In this document: positions 54,727 through 64,000 of the stretch, one piece after another
Layout of the letters: every line of letters begins with the position of its first letter
Numbering within the stretch: the stretch's first letter is position 1
DNA from: the human T2T-CHM13v2.0 reference genome, Homo sapiens
DNA: 64,000 nucleotides
NCBI RefSeq assembly: GCF_009914755.1
Contig: NC_060928.1
Reading direction: 5' to 3' (one strand)
Notes under the pieces: generated by a model
What the model saw: only the letters and a program-made list of their open reading frames with translations
What the model was told of the DNA's origin: nothing
The model's database searches: none
Position numbers and translations under genes: made by a program

Positions 54727-57700
54727 CTGTGGGGCACAGCGGGCGGGGGAGGGGGGGAGGCGGCGGTGGGGTAAGGGGCAGGGGGAGAGCCACAGGTCAC
54801 TGCCGGGCCAGGGCCACGTGGCCATAGGCCCACTCAGAACCATGTCTGGTTGCTTAGGCTTTCTAGAGGAAAAGGCCTAGTGAAGAGAACGTGTCTTAGG
54901 GCAACAATATTCAGCCACCCTTAAGTCAGAGCCCGTGGCATCCAGAGGCCTGCCATTTGGGCCTCTGCATTTTGCCAGAAATCTTGCCAGAAATCATCTG
55001 GATAACAAACCCTGCTTAGGCATCAGAAAAAGCCCAGGGACACATCATGGTAAACTCCAATATGCCAGGAAGTGGTTTAGTTTTCTCACTGTGTTTCTTT
55101 TCTTGTAGGGGCATCAGAATGACGTGTGGGCCTCAGGCCACCTTTGTGGAATGGGACGGCACTGGCTACACCTGCCTCTCCTTTGCAGTTGCTGCAGTGA
55201 CTTCTGGAAACGAGGTGCACAGCTGTGAGGGTGCAGCGTGCTGCCCACTGCGATGCCTCAGCGTGGCCTGGCGGCCTCCACCTGGGCCTGCAGACCGGGC
55301 TTCCTGTGCAGCTTCCCAACAGCGTGCTGCTGCCTGGCAAATCAGCAGCCTCACTCACACACCGAGCAGTTCCACGACGCACAGGAATCCAAGCGTAAGA
55401 TTCTTCTGTGAGAGTAGCAGGTGGGTGTTGCGGGGGAAGGAGAATTACACACAGAACTCGATGCTGATTCTCTTCTCACCGGAGCGTGGGCAGCCAATTG
55501 TAACAGAAGCAACACCGGGGGCCACGTACCCCCAATCCCCCACCACGATCCTGTCACCAAGTACCAAGTCCCAATCCCGACACACCCTCTCCAAATGAGC
55601 ACTGTGTTGGCGTGAAGAAATGGGAGCATTCTAGACTAACTCTCAAGGCTTCACGCTTTAAAACCTCAGCCCCATCTGCTAAGCAGGTAAAGGCGCCTTT
55701 TTAAGAGGATTGTCAGGACACGTTAACAACCACCACAGCTCTACAGCTGCTTCCAGTGAAAAGAGCTTTTGTTTTCTTGCTGCAACTGAGCAGCTCAAAG
55801 GAGGGCAGCAGCTAAGAGCCAGGCCTTGGGAGCAGGGGCCCTGGGTTCAAATCCAGCCTCTGCCACACACAGGCTTTGTGGGGCTCAGCAAGCAACATGG
55901 CTTGTGTCCTTATCCAGAAGAGGGGAAATAACAGAGCCACTCACAGGGCTGCTGTAGGTTCCACGAGTTAACACGTGCGAAGTCTCCAACTAGTCTTCAG
56001 TGCACAGCAAGAGCTCGTTACGAGTCAGGTGGAACGAGTCCACGAATTAACGGAGGCTCTACACAGGCCACGAAGATGCCTTGCTTGTGGGCAGACACAG
56101 CCCGAGCCTAGACTGAGCCATCCTCTGAGATGAGGGAGATGCACGTAAGGACTGTCCTGCTCTCAGTCCAGCTGCGGGGACAGGCAAGAGGTGATGCCAA
56201 ATCCAGTGAACAGCACTAACTAAGGGGAGTCCCAGAAGGGCCCAGTTCTCTGCACAAGGTCCAGGAAGACCACCTGCTGTGCTACCTGAGCTGAGTTCCA
56301 AAGGTGACCTGGAGATCTGCTTAGTTAAGTCCTTTCACTGATAAAACAGGCCGGGGGGGAAGAAGGGGTCAGAAGAGGAAGTCACCACAGGCTGGCAGCA
56401 TCGGAGGGGAGCACTGTGTGTGCAGGAAGGACATGCAGATACACTCAGGAGCATACATATCCACACATGCACACATGTCCACACATGCACATGTGACCAC
56501 GTGGTCTGCTATGCTCAGGCCCATCCAGGGCCCATGCTGCCCCATGGAGAAGACATTGCTCTCAGGACAAGGCAGAGGGCGTCCCACCCTGAAAGAGGCG
56601 CCTTCCTCCAGGAAGCCTGCCCTGGGCCTACGTAAGGCCAAACCACACGCCTGTCACATGGCCCTCGCCGACTCCCAAGGGCAGCCTGGAACCACGGCAC
56701 CAGCGCCAAGGCAGACAGAACAGTATCATGAAAATAACCTCAGGAAAAGGAGGCCTGGGCCTGCCCCCGAAATGACCTGTGCACTGAGGACTGCCCCGTG
56801 GGAATGTGGGCTCCCAGAGTGCCGGAGGCTCCCAGGTGCGCAGCCCTTCCCAAGGTTCAACACTTCAGCAGTCATGAACCAGTCAGACTGACAGGGTCTA
56901 AAGATCCTGCAGAGGGCTGGGGCCAGCTGCCAGGCAACCCACTTAGTGGGCCAGCACGGCTCTTTCTCAGCCCCCTTCTCCAAACCACCCCCCTACCACA
57001 CTATTTTTAGCCCCACTTCATCTCTGCAGCAAACGTTCCAATGTAAGCCTTAACAATTGCTTCGCTCTATTCAAAGAAATGTATTAGAAACATAAAATAT
57101 GATCTCGCCCAAGAACACTTGGACCTGAGGATGGCCCCAAACTCCCTTGGCTCCTCTACAAAATCAGGGCACTTTTCAGGGAGGACAGCGTCCCACGATG
57201 GCCACTTATTTATGTGGTCTGTCCTTTGCAACAGTCTCCGCAACAGCCTTCCATTGAATTCTGTCTCATTGGACACCTTTCTGGGGACTGGGGACAGGGC
57301 AGGCCTGGGCCCGCAGGTTCTCAGCTTGCAGCTGACAGGGCACGGACAATGTGCCAGGCAGGAGCGGAGGCCCTTGCCAACTGCATTCCTCTCCTGAGAA
57401 GACACTTCTAAGAGCATTCGGCTCCATGTTAAACATGTAAAAGACATTCGGGCCAAATCTTGGGGCTTTAAATGAAGAGACTTTTGCTGGCAAGCAGGGC
57501 TTGGGGAAAAAATAAATCACAGAGCTAAATAAATCATGGGATGTAAATGAGAGCATGTTTTACAGATGGAGCTGGAGAAGATCTAAACACAAAAACCATT
57601 AAATGCCTACTATGAGCCAGACTCCGGGCCCAACCCTTCACCGTGACCTCAGCTGACCGCCAACAGCAGTCAGCCAGCTCACCCAGCCGCCTGGCTCGAT

Positions 57701-57904
57701 CAGAACAGAGCCCCAGTTTTGTGACAGGTAACGGGTCACCCAGGGGTAAGTACCCATTAGTGCAACAGCCATGCTGGGCATATCCATGCCTTACTGGCTC
57801 CTTCACACCCTAAGAGGCAGGCACTAGCAGCCCCAGTTTGGAAGAGAAAATTCGGGCCCAGGAAGGTGAGTTACTCAACTAAGGCTACGCCACCAGTAAG
57901 AGGC

Positions 57905-58253
57905 TGCCATGGTCTGAGTGTGACCTCGAAAACCATGTGCTGGAAACTTAATCCCCAATGCATCAGAGGCGGCCTATGGAGAGGTGATTAGGCCAGGAGG
58001 GCTCTGCCCTCAGGAATGGGTATTATGACATGAGCAGCTTCCCAATAAAAGGACAAGCCCAGCCCCTCTTCTTCTCTCACCTTCTCTTTGTTCTTCTGCC
58101 ATGGACTGACACAGCAAAAGGCCCTTGACAGATACCGGCCCCTGCTGTGCAACGGCCCCTGCTGTCCAACTGCCCAGCCCCAAGAACTATGAGCCAATAC
58201 ATTTGTGTTAGTCGTAAATTACCCAGCCTGTGAGCACAAAGCAGAGTAAGACA
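57905..58253 (+). mobile_element. MST-type MaLR LTR
   Basis: ggaaacttaatccccaatgca...aagaactatgagccaat...aaattacccag. Confidence 0.7.
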
Positions 58254-58847
58254 GAGCCGAACCCAGGTCTTCCCCAACCCCAAGGCCTACCATCTCCCAT
58301 ACACCCTTCAGGACAGGCTGCTGTGCACACGCAGGATGGTACAAGCATAGGGCCACGGCGTGCATGAGTCCCGCCCTCCCCTACTGGTGCTTAGCTCTCT
58401 CAGCAATTTGGTCATAGCTGTCACTCTCCAGAGAGGCTGACGAGGCCCACATCAGCTTACTCACTTGGCCTCCCTGGGCTGCAGATGGCTAGGCAAGGCA
58501 GGCAGTAAGTATCTGTTGAGCTTATGAATGAATAAGTGAGTGAATGAATGAGTGGGCCACCATTCTAGAAGGGGTACCACTCTCACTCCTGTACCTCTTG
58601 TTCCCATCTGTGTACAGGAAAAGCTCTGCGTCGAAGAACTAAGTAAATAAAAAAACATCCTTCAAGAGGAAAGATCTCTCCACCCCTGCCTCTGCCTAGC
58701 CTCCCACTGAGCCACACAAAAGCCCAGGCTGCAGAGAGCAAAGGCCCAGTCTACAAATAAAACGTGAGCGCTGGCCTGGAGGCCAGCATTGTGGTAGCAC
58801 TGGGAAAGGAGCAGCGGGTAAAGATGACACAAAATAAAACATCCATT

Positions 58848-58873
58848 CACACATACACACACACACACACACA

Positions 58874-58903
<30 letters not shown>
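58848..58903 (+). repeat. (CA)n microsatellite
   Basis: Interrupted CA run. Confidence 0.95.
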
Positions 58904-58906
<3 letters not shown>

Positions 58907-59086
58907 CCCACAAGGGCTCCAACATACCATGCCATGGCTTCCCGCAAAAGGTCCCTGGCCAACCTCATGGTGGCATTTCTGCTGACCTCCAAGCTGGAAC
59001 TAACTGCAACACTACAAACTAGAAAGTGTCCTTTCTGTTCTAGAACTAAGGCCAGTTTTGAAAAGGGGCATTTTGGTAGCTTACAC

Positions 59087-59282
59087 CAGGGGTGTTCAAT
59101 CTTTTGGCTTCCCTGGGCCACAGATAAAATACACTAATACTATCGATAGCTGATGAGCTTGAAAAGAAAAAAGAAAAGAAAAAAAACCTCACGTTTTAAA
59201 AAGTGTACCAATTTGTGTTGGGCTGCATTCGAAGCCATCCGGGGCCACATGCAGCCCATGGGCCACCGGTTGGACAAGGCTG
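59087..59282 (+). mobile_element. MER30 hAT MITE with 8-bp TSD GCTTACAC
   Basis: caggggtgttcaatcttttggcttccctgggccac...ggttggacaaggctg; GCTTACAC at 59079 and 59283. Confidence 0.88.
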
Positions 59283-59476
59283 GCTTACACATTCCTTGTC
59301 AGCCTCAGCTGAAACTAATTATACTGGCTCCCCTCAACTCACCACCCCCAGCCTGCTCCCCCACCCCCCACCTCCCTCCTCCCACTCTCCCAAGGCCAGA
59401 AGCCCAGCTTCGCCCTGGGCCCTGAGCGCCACCCAGGCCCCCACAGGTGTCCACGAGCCTTGCCCCCATACAGTAC

Positions 59477-59567
59477 CTCCGGAGGCAATGTAGAATCCGC
59501 TGGGCGCATACTTGGCCACCACCACCTGATGGGCGTGCTCTGTGTAGATGTCAGCAAGGGCTGGGTT
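59477..59567 (-). CDS. WDR1: WDR1 coding exon 3 (91 bp)
   Basis: CAG acceptor / GTACTG donor; translates [30 protein letters not shown], matching WDR1/AIP1 as I recall it. Confidence 0.97.
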
Positions 59568-61049
59568 CTGCAGGAGGAGACCCCGGAATGAACAGAAGGA
59601 ATGGAGAAGCAGTCAAGCTTCCAGCTCTCCACATCAACAGATATGGGGTGAAAGGGGTGTACAAAGAAACACTGAAGCTAAAACCGTGAAGAAAATCGCA
59701 GAAGCATACCACTTGCCTACGTATCTACTGCCTGCCTACCTATCTCTGGGTGACAGAATTTCATGTTACTTTAATTCGTTCTCCTTAGTCTATGACTGTA
59801 CAACAAGGTGATTTTTTTCCTTTTCTGCTTTTCTGTACTTTCCATAATACAGAACAAATATATCAGTGAAACACATACACAAAAGGTGGATTAGAGCAAG
59901 AAGCCCTGGTTCTAATCCCTCCCATTTGTGGGAAGCTGCATTCATTCCAGCGCTCTGTTCTCTTCCGTGTTTAGGACCAGCTCTCCTGGCTGCCAATCAA
60001 TGTTGGACCCCAAACTCAGCGCCTGGCTGTGCTGTGCAGGAGCAGAGCAGGACACGCTGTGGGAGCCCTCTCTATCAAAAACTTGGGTTTGGAAAGGAAA
60101 GTCGATTCCCCACTCCCTTGCATAGCACAGATCAAAGGCTGGGTGGACTTTGTGGCAAAAATGGGGCCAACATTTGAGACTAGAAGCATCTTCAGCAATG
60201 AGGTTTCAACATGTAATGTGCTAAAAGTAGATCCCTGCGCCTCCCTCCCGGCATACACACACACGCAGGGCCTCAGTGAAACAGAAACACACACACACAC
60301 TGGGCTGCTCTCAATCTGTCTCCACAGTGAAGCTTTCTTTCAGGAGGGAATAAAGACATGGCCATCTAATCTCTGCTACCTACTGTCAGCTTTTTACAAA
60401 CCAAGTGCTCTTTGAAAGAGGCAGCTTCCCGCCAGCTTGAGGCTTAGGACACACCAGACTCCTGTGAGGGTGCCCGGGCACCCCTAGCATGACCCCACCT
60501 GCTGCCACCCCACCCCTCATCTCCCTTAGACCCCTCCTCAAGACCTGAGGGGCCCCCATCTCACGAGACTGAGACCACAGAAGTACAGACCCTGATTCCT
60601 GCCCACCTTCTGCCATCCTGTTTAAGCTCCACGTCTGTGTGTAGTCTGTGCCCTTGGCCAGCACCTCTCCCTGCCTACGGACACCCACTCACCCATCAGG
60701 CCTAACGGAAGCGTTCCCTCCTCCATGAAGCCTCCAAGTATGGCCCAAGCTATCCGTATCAACTCTTCTGTGCTTCCAGATCATTTAACATGTCCACCGG
60801 GATGGCACAACACACATCATAGTCCCTAGCATTCCTGTCCATCTCCTCCAACTCTGCTGTGCCCTGCTTAACATGACCTTTATCTCACTAGCCATCTCAA
60901 TAAGTGGTTTTGGGGAGAAAAAAAGAAGTACACACAGACCTTCTCTTTCATCCCTAAGACTTAACACAGCATTATGTGATATAATAGACACCAGTCATAA
61001 ATTAATCCATTTTGGGATAATCGTTTGCCAGTGAAATTAGAATGTATGA

Positions 61050-61850
61050 AGGTGTCTATCCAAAGAAGATACTACGAATGACAAGTAAGCACATGAAAAA
61101 GCGCTCAGTGTCATTAGTCTTGGGAAATGCAAGTCAAAACTACAACAGAATACCACTCCATACTCACTAGAATCAATAAAAAGAAAAGACTGACATCACC
61201 AAGTGCTGGCAAGGGTAGAGGGGTGGGGACACTGGAATGTTCACACTGCTGGTGGAAATGCAAAATGGTACAGTTGGAAAAGAGTTGGGCAGGTTATTTA
61301 TAAACCTAAACAGACACTACTCACACCAAACACCAGCAACCCCACTCCTAGGTATCTGCCCTGGAGAAATGGAAGCATGTGTCCACCAAAAGACATAGGA
61401 GCAATGTTCACAGAAGCTTTCTTTGCAATGGCCAAAAACTGGAAATACCCAAATATCCATCAACAGGTGAACAGAGAAACAGGCAACACACCGCACTGCT
61501 TAGTGATAGAAAGGAACAAAGTGCAAATGCACTCAACACCAGCTATCAATCGCCAACATGTTATGCAAAGTGAAAAAGCCAGACAGAAAAGACTACACAT
61601 TGCCTCTCACTTCATATGAAAGAAGATTTTAGAAAAGGCAACCCCAATGACAGAAAGCAGATAAGCAGCTGCTGGGGGTGAGGGTGGAAGGGGTGGCGGG
61701 GGCGGGGGGCACCCTCCGGAGTGACAGGAATGTTCTGTCATGACATGGGTGGTGCTTATGGGACTATATAGGTCATCTGTCAAGATCCAAGCCACACACT
61801 GAATACAGACAAATTCTACTGTATCTAAAGTACACCTCAATAAAACTAAG
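61050..61850 (+). mobile_element. Old L1 (L1MC/MD-like) ORF2 end and 3'UTR, antisense to WDR1
   Basis: gcacatgaaaaagcgctcag...gctggtggaaatgcaaaatggtacag...cccactcctaggtat...cctcaataaa. Confidence 0.8.
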
Positions 61851-64000
61851 ATGCTGGCTATTTATTAAATGTCTGCCCAATCCAACCCTCTCCCACTCCA
61901 ATTAGTCCTTCATATTCTGACACTGACACATCCCTACCCAAAGCACCTGGCAAGAAAATGATCCACTTAACAGGCAGCCCCTCCAAGACCCTGTTCGGTG
62001 TACACTCACAGCTGACTGGGGATGGGGGAGGTCTCACGCTCACATACAGGGGCACCTGCCCATCCCGCCAGACAGATGGCCTCATGGGCTCTCCCAGCCT
62101 GGACGACCTCCTCCCCAGGCCGTGCTGCCGTAGAAAGGGTGGGGCTCCCATGGGCCTTCCGCTGGGGAGGGCATCCAGAGATGGAAGATGCCTGGGCAGG
62201 GGCATGAGAGGAAGTTCTGCCCCTAAAAATTCCTTCCCCTAAATGGTCAGGGCTGTGTGTAAAAACCCCAAAGGGCAACAGAATCCTGCCAGCTGATGAA
62301 TCACTCACTCTCGTTTGTATTCTAAATACAACTGGGTCAGCGGTGGGGGCTGAGATACTCCAAACTGCAGATAATGACTTACATCTGAGTCAGAGCAGCC
62401 TCCTCCCCAGCTCCTCAGCTCGCAGAGGGAGGCTGCTTACTACACCCAGAAAGATACCTCACACCCCCACGTGTCACTCGGCCTGTGAGGCTCTGTCCCC
62501 ATCAGCTGGGTCGAGATGGCACCTTGACACCCTCAGTGTGCCCCTCTCCCCCCAGCCTCCTCCCCCTCCTTCCATCTTGGGGAAGAAGAATGAGATTGGG
62601 GGTTGAGAAGCTTATTTGGGGAAAAACTCTGGAATGGGGAAAACGAGACAGGGAGGGCAGGAAGCCAATTCCAGGAGCCCCAGTGCTACTGTAGGCAAAA
62701 GTTCTGTCTCCCCATCTCCCTGGGGGCCTGGGGGAGACCACCATGAGCAGCCTTGGAGTTGCCCACTCAGGGACACCCCTCCTCCCAGGCTTTCTTCTCA
62801 TGCTGCTGCAGGCTGGGCCAGCTCTGGCAGTGGGAGGCTGCCGTTCAGTCCTCACCACAGGCCTGCCCAGTTTTCCTTGCCAACTCCCAACCCATCTTCT
62901 CTTTTACCTCCACCATTTTCAATGCAGTCCTCCTGTTCCTCCTGGGAAGAGCGATAACTGCTTTGGAATGCATCTCCACCCTCCACCAAGCCGGTAGTCT
63001 TCAAATCCCGACCCTGATTACCTCACGGTCCGGCTTGCAACCCACCCTTCCTGAGCTCCCTCCAGGCTTCAGCCCACTCATCGCTACCCTGCTGCCGCCC
63101 TGACGTTGCCAGCCACTCCTTGGGCTGACTACCCCAACCCATGGCCCCTCACCCCAACCCTTGAGGATAGAACAGGTGCAGCCCCTCTACCTTGCTGGCC
63201 CCAGACCCCTTCCCCAGTGGCCTCCACACCTGGGGGCTAGGGCCTGTGAGGGCCAGAGCTGGGGCTGGGATAAGACCTCGAGACAAGCCCCAGAATTCTG
63301 CCACCACCCCTGGAGGAGTCCGGGGGCCTCTGAGGACATGAAGGACACCAGCCAGCAATCAAGGAGTCACACACGCGAGCAGACCCAGGACCCACGGACT
63401 TCGGCAAGTGACAGCATGTAACAGCACCCAGCCCTGCCAACACAGGGCCTGGTTCAAGGCCCAGTGGTGCCCATTTGAAGCAGAAGCTTTGGACTTGACC
63501 CGGGAGGCCATTCTACTCTGTCACACTATGCTCAGGTCCCACCAGCCCCCACCTCCCACCTGTGCACTGAGGCATCCTGCCCAGGAATAGCTGGTCTTTT
63601 TCTGAGAATCCTGTTGAATGGCAAACCTAAACATACTCCCCCCCGGCACCTGTACAATGTCTGTGCCGCCTTTGAGACTCGCTATAATACACAGGTCATG
63701 CAAACAAGCACACAGAAGCGACATTTCCGTAACTCTGTTATGCCCCAGGCAGCAACATTTACAATTAGTGAGCCCTGAGCCCCTCAAAGCTCTCTTACTT
63801 TCCTATGTCCTCCCAGTCTCAGGTGGGTGACGGAGGGGCCAGAGGTCACTACTCCAATTTACAGGTAGGCTGTGATGACCCTGGGTCCTGGGGCTTGGGT
63901 CTCAAGGCTTGCCACTGGTATCTCAGCTCCTGGCCCACAGTGAACCTGATGGAACATGCTAGAAGGTTGGAGATACCTGCCCAAGCAAAAAACATTTCAG

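Noticed and set aside
56430-56505. Degenerate CACATG tandem with E-box-like motifs
   Set aside because: Looks like a decayed (CA)/(CATG) simple repeat; no independent sign of regulation

Overview
Human (or very close primate) genomic DNA from the SLC2A9-WDR1 region of chr4p16.1. About 29.9-59.6 kb carries coding exons 3-15 and the 3'UTR of WDR1 (AIP1, the WD40 cofilin cofactor) on the minus strand. I mapped these exons by hand from splice sites and translation; exons 1-2 and the promoter lie beyond the right edge. WDR1 intron 9 is a U12-type AT-AC intron and intron 12 contains the MIR3138 hairpin. Intron 8 holds an unexplained 83-bp, ~94% identical, non-Alu inverted repeat that brackets a consensus 5' splice site. 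The first ~29 kb is repeat-dense intergenic DNA: Alu, L1, L2, MIR, MaLR/ERVL LTRs, an ERVL pro-pol relic and hAT elements, including a twin-primed inverted L1. Repeat subfamily names and boundaries were judged by eye and are approximate. No prokaryote-type system (CRISPR, operon) is present, and almost all ORFs in the supplied track are spurious.
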